64,000 nt of DNA from positions 5,518,001 through 5,582,000 of the forward strand of contig OU015569.1 of the NCBI GenBank assembly GCA_907165135.1, read 5' to 3'. Positions 27,089 through 38,400 of this stretch are shown in pieces; position 1 is the first letter of the stretch, and each line of letters starts with the position of its first letter. The notes beneath the pieces were generated by a model that worked only from the letters and a program-made list of their open reading frames with translations, was not told the DNA's origin and did no database searches. Made by a program: the position numbers and the translations under genes. Origin of the DNA: Oikopleura dioica (taxonomy: Eukaryota > Animalia > Chordata).

Positions 27089-27567
27089 AATACGTGATTC
27101 CTGTTCGTCGCTTCACCTCACAAAAAACTACTCATGTCACCTTTGTTCAGTCATTAATATCGCGTCAACTTTTCTCAATGTTTCGACCTTGCCCTTTATT
27201 TGTAACTTTCAATTTCCCGATTCTGTGCGGATAACCGATCTCTTTCAACGCTCGCCGAAATCACGATTCATTGTAGCTGGCTAGTCAGAAAAATCAAAAA
27301 AGACCTTATTCGCATGTCTCAATCACTCGCCCGCAGTGGCTACCCGTTGTCCCCAACCGCTGTAGGCACACGTTTTATATTTTCATCCTCTTTCTATTTA
27401 TCGTCTCAGCTCTTTCACATGTAGCAAGTTCAACAAAAAACAACAATACAAACAGCCTTTTTCCGGCCATTCAAAAAAAAAATACAGAAAATTCCGCATA
27501 AAATATCCTTCATTCTGTGAATAAAACGATATTCATCAAAAAAGTGAAAACTTTTTTTTTCTGAAGA

Positions 27568-28411
27568 ATGGCGAATTTGGAGCAAAACGAAAAGTTCGCC
27601 AGTCAGGAGTACTGGGACAAGAGGTTTTCTGTTGAGGAGGAGTTCGATTGGCTTGGCAAGCTCGATGACTTTTTTGAAATTTTGAATTTGGAGCCGCATT
27701 CTGCGATACTCGTCTTAGGCTGCGGCAACTCGACTCTCAGGAAGCGTGTTGAAAGTTTTTTCCTTTTTGTTTCTTGAGTTCTCGTTTTCAGCACTCGTAG
27801 TCAGCATCTGGAAGAGCGCGGTCATTTTGTAGTGTCCACTGATTACGCTGCTTCTGCTTGCGAGAAGCAGAAGAGGCGTAAACCATCGCATCAGTATTTA
27901 ACGTCGGACTGTAGGGACAGGATCTGTAGGCGCGGCTTCGATCTCGTCATTGAAAAGGGTGTCATGGACGCGTTTCTGGCGGCTGAAAATCCATGGTCGC
28001 CGTCTAAAGAGGCTAGCGGGATGATCAGGAGTACTATCGAAGCAGCCAGAGGGAGCTCAGACAGATTTATCTCTATTTCATTCCATTCTCCCCTAGATAA
28101 GGGTCTATTCGAACGTAGTAGGACAACCGTATGTACTGAAAAGTGACCCTGATAAAGTTAGGCTTCCATTAATATTGTCACCGGACGAGTACGATGTTTC
28201 CTTGAACACTTATCAAGCTGCTCTGGAATTTTATGCTTATTCGTTTGATTTTGAGAAGAGGTTATCCTTTCAATTTATTTCATTTACAAATAATCCGATT
28301 AGTAAACAACAGTCAATTTTGCCAACATTGGGAAGCGTGGAAAATGATTATGATGGGAGCAGTTTATCAGAAGACTCAGAAGGCTTTTTAGACGGCATAG
28401 TTGTTGACTGA
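27568..28411 (+). CDS. EEF1AKMT4: eEF1A lysine methyltransferase 4-like
   Basis: EYWDKRF..FDWLG..ILVLGCGNS (SAM motif I), FDLVIEKGVMDAFLA..NPW, RFISISF. Confidence 0.8.
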
Positions 28412-29410
28412 TATTCCAGTGTGAGAAAATAAAGAACCGAAAATGTGATTATTGTTAATTAACAAAGGCCTAAATAGCGTCAGCTCACTTTTCTGCCTTT
28501 TAGACTTGATCTAAATTTAGCAAGTCAGATAATTGTCAAATGTTAAAAAAACGGATAATCGAATTCGCCCACTTGGGAAAAGTTTGGCAAGCCGTCTGGC
28601 TGATCTTAGAGGATATCTTTTCTGATAGAAAACGAATAAAATATGCACGAGAAAAAGATCTCTGCTTTGCTGATCCCCGTGTTGAGCTGATGCAACCTTG
28701 GGTAAATCTCTTTACTATAAAAGTAATCAAAGAAACTCCATTTCGGAAGGTCGAATGATTTTTAATATTGAGTCTTTAATACTTTTATTCATGATTTTAC
28801 GGGTGAATCGTCGTTTAATAGGTTATTTGTATCTAAGTTCTTAATTGGAACGTATCTTCTTTCACCGCTGCTTCTTTGGCTGAGCTTACACTTGATTGCC
28901 AATTATGTCGGTCGAAACGAAACAGATGAGTTTGGGCGAACAAAGTGGCAACTCAGCGGGAGTTCCTTTTCTACTATTTGCAGGTTTGCATGCTAGAGGA
29001 TCGTCTTTTCAACTTGCTATTTTAGCTTGCCGACGGGGTCACGTGCCAGCAGAATTTCGGGAACATTTCTGCGCTCTACTCTCAGCCGAGTCACGGAGGG
29101 AACCGGGAAACGCTCAGTTTCATAAGATATTCATTTCTGTGCATTTTGTTCTATGACAGGTTTTTTTTTATATTGCACAAGATCTTGGGAGTCTAATAAC
29201 TCCAAGACGACACATCGTAGAGGGTCCCCCATAGCATCAAAATGTAGCTTAGGGTCTGGGCTATTGTTTGAATAAGTTTGAGATTCTAGTGCCCACGTGG
29301 GATTACGTAATATTACGTAATAATCTAAAAAATGTTATATTTTCAGTATTAGAGGTGCTAGAACCTCGATCTAATGACTATTCGAACTCTATTTTCTTCC
29401 TCTTTTTTCA

Positions 29411-29690
29411 TCGAGGTCACTCGAGGTCACGTGACCCCAAATGACCTTTTTTTCTTTGTTTAATAGTCTATGATGTATAATACATCAAATTGCTTGTTTT
29501 TTGATGCTCATTCTGATTAAGCCATCAAAAAGGTCATCTGAGGTCACGTGACCCCCAATGACCTTTTTTCTTTATTTGACTAAATATGATGGATTATACA
29601 TCAATTTGATTGTTTTTTGATGCTGATTCTGATTTAAGAATCAAAATGGTCATCTGAGGTCACGTGACCCCAAGTGACCTCGAAATTTCA
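29411..29690. repeat. ~116-117 bp tandem repeat, about 2.3 units, each with the palindrome GGTCACGTGACC
   Basis: Palindrome at 29425-29436, 29542-29553 and 29658-29669, with similar AT-rich intervening sequence. Confidence 0.85.
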
Positions 29691-29698
29691 AAAATTTA

Positions 29699-31268
29699 TT
29701 TCAGCCCCGTCCCTTGATTCTTAAATTTAAGGGGCTTGACGGCCCTTCGGGCCGTTTCAGCCCCGTCCCTTGATTCTTAAATTTAAGGGGCTTGACGGCC
29801 CTTCGGGCCGTTTCAGCCCCGTCCCTTGATTCTTAAATTTAAGGGGCTTGACGGCCCTTCGGGCCGTTTCAGCCCCGTCCCTTGATTCTTAAATTTAAGG
29901 GGCTTGACGGCCCTTCGGGCCGTTTCAGCCCCGTCCCTTGATTCTTAAATTTAAGGGGCTTGACGGCCCTTCGGGCCGTTTCAGCCCCGTCCCTTGATTC
30001 TTAAATTTAAGGGGCTTGACGGCCCTTCGGGCCGTTTCAGCCCCGTCCCTTGATTCTTAAATTTAAGGGGCTTGACGGCCCTTCGGGCCGTTTCAGCCCC
30101 GTCCCTTGATTCTTAAATTTAAGGGGCTTGACGGCCCTTCGGGCCGTTTCAGCCCCGTCCCTTGATTCTTAAATTTAAGGGGCTTGACGGCCCTTCGGGC
30201 CGTTTCAGCCCCGTCCCTTGATTCTTAAATTTAAGGGGCTTGACGGCCCTTCGGGCCGTTTCAGCCCCGTCCCTTGATTCTTAAATTTAAGGGGCTTGAC
30301 GGCCCTTCGGGCCGTTTCAGCCCCGTCCCTTGATTCTTAAATTTAAGGGGCTTGACGGCCCTTCGGGCCGTTTCAGCCTCCCTTGATTCTTAAATTTAAG
30401 GGGCTTGACGGCCCTTGATTCTTAAATTTAAGGGGCTTGGCCGTTTCAGCCCCGTCCCTTGATTCTTAAATTTAAGGGCTTGACGGCCCTTCGGGCCGTT
30501 TCAGCCCCGTCCCTTGATTCTTAAATTTAAGGGGCTTGACGGCCCTTCGGGCCGTTTCAGCCCCGTCCCTTGATTCTTAAATTTAAGGGGCTTGACGGCC
30601 CTTCGGGCCGTTTCAGCCCCGTCCCTTGATTCTTAAATTTAAGGGGCTTGACGGCCCTTCGGGCCGTTTCAGCCCCGTCCCTTGATTCTTAAATTTAAGG
30701 GGCTTGACGGCCCTTCGGGCCGTTTCAGCCCCGTCCCTTGATTCTTAAATTTAAGGGGCTTGACGGCCCTTCGGGCCGTTTCAGCCCCGTCCCTTGATTC
30801 TTAAATTTAAGGGGCTTGACGGCCCTTCGGGCCGTTTCAGCCCCGTCCCTTGATTCTTAAATTTAAGGGGCTTGACGGCCCTTCGGGCCGTTTCAGCCCC
30901 GTCCCTTGATTCTTAAATTTAAGGGGCTTGACGGCCCTTCGGGCCGTTTCAGCCCCGTCCCTTGATTCTTAAATTTAAGGGGCTTGACGGCCCTTCGGGC
31001 CGTTTCAGCCCCGTCCCTTGATTCTTAAATTTAAGGGGCTTGACGGCCCTTCGGGCCGTTTCAGCCCCGTCCCTTGATTCTTAAATTTAAGGGGCTTGAC
31101 GGCCCTTCGGGCCGTTTCAGCCCCGTCCCTTGATTCTTAAATTTAAGGGGCTTGACGGCCCTTCGGGCCGTTTCAGCCCCGTCCCTTGATTCTTAAATTT
31201 AAGGGGCTTGACGGCCCTTCGGGCCGTTTCAGCCCCGTCCCTTGATTCTTAAATTTAAGGGGCTTGAC
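29699..31268. repeat. 56 bp minisatellite, about 28 copies
   Basis: Unit TTTCAGCCCCGTCCCTTGATTCTTAAATTTAAGGGGCTTGACGGCCCTTCGGGCCG, nearly identical throughout, with a few deleted units near 30375-30480. Confidence 0.97.
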
Positions 31269-31736
31269 AAAGGCTGGGAAAAGGCTGAGTTGATCATTCT
31301 CAGTTGCGTCCCCAACCCCGCCCACCTCCATCTGATGTTTCAATTTATATTGTCCATTTTTTAGTTTTTTTTATGGTTTTTTTTAATTTTTTTTATAGTT
31401 TAGCTTACACTCGTCAAATTATTGAAGAGGCCTTTCTTCTTTTCTAGACTTTCGTCATTCTTTCTTCCAGCAGGAGGCTCCCACAGAGTCCTCCGGGTGG
31501 GGTCCTCCGGCCGATTTTGAGAAGTTCAACTTTGACGGCTAATTAAATATACTTACCGTTAATTCTAGAGCTTGAAACTTATTCAAACAATAGATTAGAC
31601 CCTAAGCTACAGTTAAATGCTTTTGGTCTTACTGTAGCTTTACTGAGACCAGAGTTATTAAGCTCCCAATGAAGCCCGTTTTTTGTGCAATATAAAAAAA
31701 CCTGTCTATGTAATTAAATTGTAAGGCATTGAACAG

Positions 31737-31818
31737 GACTGGATGGCCGAGCGGTCTAAGGCGTTGGATTAAGGCTCCAATCTCTTCGGGGGCGTGGGTT
31801 CGAATCCCACTTCAGTCA
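31737..31818 (+). tRNA. tRNA-Leu(AAG)
   Basis: GACTGGA/TTCAGTC acceptor stem, A box TGGCCGAGCGG, anticodon loop TTAAGGC, long variable arm, B box GGTTCGAATCC, and a T5 Pol III terminator just downstream. Confidence 0.97.
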
Positions 31819-32472
31819 AACTTTTTCTTGTTCTAGAGATGATCTACAGTTTTTGTTGTCCTCTCACCGCGTTCCATGAAAGTTCGGTGTCCGCCTTTAG
31901 TGACGGCAGATTTTTAAAAGGTCTTGTCGGCGGTGGTCCCATTTGGCACGGAGCAAAGGAAATCAAACGATTCTCCCGTCAATCAGAGCAAAAGGATATT
32001 TAAACAAATACTTAAATATATTTCCTTCACCCGACGTGCGTAAGAATGTATTGTGCTTGTATAGAAAGAGAGAGAATAGAAAAAACCTCGCTGATTCGGA
32101 AAATCGATATCAAAGATATAATGAGCAGGCCCACTCTCTCCCCTTAGGGCGTGTCTCGTGAACCTTTGAGAAAAGTGAAAATTAAGAAAACAGTCTTTGT
32201 GCTTAGACTGGGAACAATTTATTATTGAATAGTAAAAAGCACTTCCCCAGCGAGCGCTGAGATTTTTTATTGAAAAGTAGTGATCCGTCACTATCCGAAT
32301 CCTCTGAAAAAGCTACAAATCTTCGAAAATAAGCGAGAACGAAAGGGGCAGTGAGAGAGAGCGAGCGTGGGTTATTAGTCCATTTGGTCATAAATCCTGA
32401 CACAGAGTGTCTTTTTATTTAACCTATGACTGTTCGATTGAAGAAGCTTGTTTTAAGATATGGAATCGTACC

Positions 32473-35400
32473 ATGGCTGGGAAAAATGATATACAGCAGC
32501 AAAGCAGATTTGCTGAGTGCGGGGAGCTTGTGCTGCAGAAGCTCTTTCTCGATTTCGTTCGAGTCGCTGATAAACGCATCGTCAACTCGTCCATATCCTC
32601 GCAAGATGCCGAATCACTCCACCGACAGTTTCTCCGGTAATTAATTAGAGTATCAAAGTTCTCATTCTCTTGTAGCGGGAGAGACACGGAATTCGATCGT
32701 CTTCTCACCGCTCTTGGTCAGATGGCAGAATACTGCCTCAGTTCCGTTATTCGTCATGCATTTGACTGGCGGCTAACTAAACTAGAATCGGATGATCGCC
32801 GAATGCGCCAAGGCGTTGAGTTCATCTTCTGCCATCTTCTGATAGAAACGCTGAAGCAGCTGAATGTGCATCCGATTCCCGAGCGGGACATCAACACCAT
32901 CCTCAATCTCGCATTCGAGCAGTTTGAGAGTGCAGATACGAGTGCAGATCCCACGCAGGCGAAGATCTGCGAGCTCTACGCGGAAGCACTTGGCGTCGTC
33001 TCCGAACATCGACATCCGCAGGTCCGGCAACGTTTTCTCGCCGAGCTGCGTAATCTTCGCCACAAAGCCGTCAATCTTTCCAAGTCGGAGTCAATCCTAA
33101 ACGGGATGAAGTACTTCAAAGTGAAGATGTATCCAATAGAAGACTTCACCGAGTCGATTAACTTTCTGAAAGAACTCGGCGACTACTTTCACGACGCTAT
33201 TGACAACAAAGACCAAGCGCTTCAAAAGTGTTTGGCAAAGATGACCTCCGAAATTCTCGAGCCACTGGCCGAAAACATCAACAATGAAGTGAACGTCCCC
33301 GTACTCAGGCATTTCGTAGATTCGCTCTATCCATCTGTGCTTGAATTGTCAAAGCAGAGAGGTTTCAAGAACTTTCCCTGGGTAGCGCGCTTAGTTCAGC
33401 TGCTTCTTGCCGTCTCTCAAAAGCAGTTCTTCCTTAATCACTGGTCAATCTTCCTTCAATGCTGCTTGGGAATCATACAGAAGAAGAAATTCGAATCTGT
33501 GTCGCTAGAATGTGTCTCCCGCCTTGTATGGGTCTACTGCATCCGGCATGGACACGCGGATGCCAACGCGACAACTACGAGCCGGCTGACCTTGATCACA
33601 AAGACCCTCTTCCCAGCAGGAGCGCGTCACACAATTCCAAAGAACCAACAAAGCATCCACTTCGTTCGAATTCTTTCCTACATAGCGGACATCAAACTTG
33701 AACTGGCAATGGCGACGATCGAAGATTTGCTAGGCGTCGCTGCGAACAAAACAACAAACCCGGAAAGAGTTCAGATCTGTGTTGAGAGACAACGTATTGG
33801 TTTACGGGCTTTTGTTGCCATCGCTAACAGTTTCCAGCAGCGCGAAAAGCCAAAGTTACCGCCTATTACTTACCGCCCGAGCGGAAACACAATTCGCGGC
33901 AAAAACAAGTTCCTCCACACGCCGCTTTTCGATGAGCAAGCACGTCTTGCTGGCCTTGACAAGTACTTGCCTACTGTTCAACGCGCTCTTTGGCAACTGA
34001 TGTTAACGTTGCACAATCAAGTCGGCTATGATTATCTCATTACCAAGTCACTGAAGTTTGAAGATATCTCACAAGAGAAAATCGACCTTCTGACCTTGTG
34101 CGTGTCAGCGATTCCTCGAATTTTACCAGAAGGTTTCCGGTCCTACAAGAATCGCTCGCAAATCCTGCGCATTATTTCTCAGCTCACTATTCACCAAAGC
34201 AGTATGGTCGTCGAGCAAGCTCTCAGAAGTCTAGATGGAATCATTACCGAGCTGCCCGAGTACAGAGAAGATGTCATCGCGATATACTGTACCTTTATTC
34301 TTACAGAAATTCACGACTCGCACGAAATGTCTATCGATACTGCAGTTGCTCATTTAACAGGACTTGTCGAAAGATGGGCCGAAGTTCATTCCGCCGGAAA
34401 TAACACCGATTGTCCTTCGATTCTCGATCGTCTCGATGGATTCTGCCTTTTTCTCTTAGCAAATAATGCGGAATCCGTTCGTGTATCTTCAGTTAGTCTG
34501 ATCAAATCCGTTGTCGTACTTGCTGACACTCTCGGTCTTCAAAATTCGAGACTGCTGCATATCCTAAACGAGTGTTCTATTCGTCAAATGAATATCGAAT
34601 CTCTTCGGGCAATGATCGGCAAATACGCAACTTGTCGCGCTGAAGAATGGCGAGACAAGCTCGACGAGATCATCCAGTTTATTTGGGCGAATTCCACACA
34701 AGTGGTTCCACACAAACGAAGCCAATCGAAGAACTTTTCGTTGATTCTGTACTTTACATTCTTGGATACTTTCGAGCGGATTCGCTGCGGCCCCTGGGAA
34801 ACGTTAGCAGCTGGCAATATGAATGTTCCTTTTATCGGTTCTGGTTCTCGATCTCGCGCTCAGCCTAGTGCAAGTGGCTACATGCAACAGTGGGGCAATT
34901 ATTTGCTGGCATCGCTTGCTTCAACCCCCGTTTTCGGCTCTCGCGAAGCTACAAGCCACCCGACGGGCACTTCAGACTGGATGACGTGCACTGCGCTGAT
35001 AAATGCAAGTAAGACGCCGGATGCTCTTTTCAAGTGGATATTGGATAGTTTGCAGAACACCTCAGAAAATGCGAAAAAGGAACTCATCACGACTTGTCTG
35101 GCGCGAACTAGTATCGAAGCGATTGACCTTCTCCTGCAGGAGCTCAAACTTTCTGAAGCAGCGCCAAGCTCTAGAAGAAAAAACAAGCGAGATAGACAGC
35201 GATTTCAAACAGCGAAAGTTATGGCTGAACTTGCTGAGCTCGGGAAACTTGCGACCGAAGTGAAAAGCGATAAAGAAACAGACGTTCCTATCCGAGAAGG
35301 CGTAGTTGATTACGCGATCAATTGTTATGAATATTTTCAAGGCGTAAACTTGGAGCAAGACTACTCTGAAGATAGAGACCAACGCAAATTTAATTTTATC

Positions 35401-38400
35401 CGTCTTCTCATTGGCCTGATCCGTAATTGTCCCGAATCACATAGAAAACACTTGTTCTCGACAGAAATTCGGAGCAAAATGGCAAGCCTATTTGGAACGT
35501 GGTGTCCATCTCTAGCAAGCGATCTGAATCAGCTATCTTGTATGGCTCTTATTGGCAGATGCTCCATTCTTTTGGCGGGTACAGTCGAACTAGATCCCCG
35601 ATTTAGTGCTTGGCTCAGTCGACTTCTTCTGCTAGAAGAAAATGAGCAAATAAAATCAGCGATTTCTCAGATATCTGCCGTGAAGTGCTTCAGCTCGATC
35701 GATGCACTGATCATTGAGTTTGTTTCCGCCCTTCTCAGGGCGAATAATGATCAACTCTTTGAATTCTCCTCAGAGCTAATGCGTCGTTGCTATCAAGCTG
35801 ATGCTGAGCTAGTTAATCGACGTGCTCTGCTAGCTCTTGCTTCAGTCGTTGGCTCTGAGGGATGGGACAGAATGGAAGCGCCACAGCGAGAACAGATGAC
35901 GAGAATGAAAGTCCCTCTACTTGTTCTGGCAATGGCGAACATGTCAAATGAAAACTCACAAGTTGCTCAAGCCTCCCAACTCTTTGTTCAAGTCCTGGCG
36001 AAGCATTGTTCCAAAGAGGGGAAGGTCATTGAAAGCACCTCTCCCGAAAAGTACCCTGAGGTTCTAGCGGCAGAACTAATTGATCTTACATTCCCTATTT
36101 TGACCGAAATATTTCTCAGACTTCAAAATCGTGGAGCTGAAAACTTCCGTGAAGACTTGGTGGACCCAAAGATTGGTCAGATCGACAACTCTTTGAATTT
36201 CTTCTATGAGGCTAGACTATTGAGTTTGCTTCTTCACTGGTTGAGAAAACTGCAGCTAGACAGCTGCAGCAGCAAAGAATCCCTGTTCATAATAAATAAT
36301 TTGTTATTCTGCACTTATACCTTCAGCCGCCGTCATCCTGTTGTTACACGAGAAGTCTGGTTTGCCCTCGGTCAAAACGAGCAAAACGCCATGATCGTCA
36401 TATATTCTATTTGCGCTATGGCTCGGCTTGATAATCTTGATCAGACGGTTGTGGACTTATTCCAAGATGTGATGTCAGAAATCACATACGCATCTCCAAA
36501 CGCCTTTGAATACCTTATCACATCATTAAACAACCACGGCCCAGTTCCGTACAATGTCCAGAGACTTGTTGAAAAGCCATCATGGATTGTAAAGAAAGTC
36601 AAATCCGACTCACCAAATGGATCAGTTAATTCAGCGAAAATTGAGGGCTCGTTGAGCGCCTCGCGCAATCGGAGAACTCTTACTGCCAGCTCCGTGGAGT
36701 TCGGTTCGAAAAAACAGTCTTCTATGCGGGATCGCGCTCCATCTCACAAGGAACTTTTCTACAGTCAAGAAGATGACTCTACTCGTCTCGATAACTCGCA
36801 TGTTAACTTCGAGAAATCATATCTCCCGTTTGCCAAACTTCTTCCCGACCATTTCTATTCAACAAAAGCGTCTCTTGGTTCAATCTGTCTGCTTTTCGTT
36901 CCGCGACTTCTCGATGATCGTCGCCGATGCCAAAATTCACTCAGTAGCACAATCCCCTCTATTCTTGTTGCCAGCATTTTATACCTGGACTCGAATGTGT
37001 CCGACATTCGAGAAGCGGCTCGTCTCTCACTCCTCGCCATTGCTCATCGACAACTGGTGTCTTCAGAACTGAGTGAAGGCGCGCGCGTTCTCCTCCAGCA
37101 GCTCGAGCAGCGCGGTCAACTTCTTCTCGATGCTTATGACAGTGGATACCACAGTTCTTCTACATCTTCAATTACAGCAGATTTACCTTCGCCAATGTCA
37201 ATTCAATCTCTCCTTACTAATGCCTCATGTTCCAGGTTATCATTCATAAATTTTATATTTTTCTGACGATTTTATAGTTCGCAATCGAGTCTTACGATGA
37301 TGCATTTTCTGTGTACCACGCGAAAATTTTGGATCAAAGAGCTCGCGTCTCCAAGTTTTCTCCCGTCTTCTCTTCGTTCATCCGCCCAGCTCAAGCACCT
37401 AACCGAATCGCTCATCAACGTTTTTGGGAACGATTTGAAGAGCAAGCTTGGCGATTTAGCCATCGTGTCTGCCATCAGCTCTCCTTCACATCCGATTACG
37501 TGTCGTGCAGTTCAGCTCTATCGTTCTTTGCAAATCAAAATTACAGAAAGAACACTCAACAAAATGATCTCGAGAGTTTCAGAGATTGTCTCTGATCCTC
37601 ATGAAGAAAAACAAGCCGCAGTCCTAGAAATTTTGGACTTATTCTACCAAGATGTTAAACTAAGAAATAAAATCAGTGAAAAGGGATTGAAAGATTATTC
37701 TGACTCTGGAAGCGCAACTGTGCCGAAATCCCACTTTCGGGAAAAGAGTGGCCATCGACGAAGCGGTTCGATTTTGGTAATGACTTTAAGGCCGAACAAT
37801 CGAAGCTCGAATCGAAATCAACATCGACTGGGGCGATAACATCTACAGGAAAATCTTCCTATGTTGTTCTGGCTGATGAGCGAAATGAACGACTCGACGA
37901 TGATGACGCTAGAATACTGTCGATATTCCTTCAAGTTGGTATAGCGCTCTTGCACTCTGATTTCGAACATGAGTTCCGAATGGCGCTCAAGCTCATAAGT
38001 CAGATCAACCACATTGTTCCTATTCGGCTTCTTGTACATTGGTGCAAACGACGGAACATACATCCTGCGAAGGACTTACAGAAAATGCTCTGGAAAGGTC
38101 TCGTCAAGGAGAAAGATGTCTCATACGATGCCGTCGATCTGGACATCGAAGTCTATCAGGTTTTAACTGAGCTGCTTCCTTCTTCTTCTAGCTTTGGCGA
38201 TTACGGATTCTCGTTGCAACTGTCCTCTTTATTGCCGCGCCTTTACGAGAACTTTGTTAAACTTAATCCACAAGACATCAATGCAGCTCGACGGACCGGA
38301 CTAGTCATCAAGCTGATTTTATCCCAAACAACTTCCGAGAGCACTTCCCTCAAAACCCCCGCTCAAATCGAGGCCGGTCAGAATCTCGAGAAAATTATGC

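Larger units (their letters stand above)
29155..31706. mobile_element. non-autonomous TIR element (~2.55 kb) carrying internal tandem repeats
   Basis: Left end GACAGG(T9)ATATTGCACAA and right end TTGTGCAATAT(A7)CCTGTC are reverse complements; both are flanked by TAT (29152-29154, 31707-31709); no transposase ORF. Confidence 0.75.

Noticed and set aside
29699-31268. CRISPR array
   Set aside because: The units are head-to-tail identical with no unique spacers, there are no cas genes, and the context is eukaryotic.
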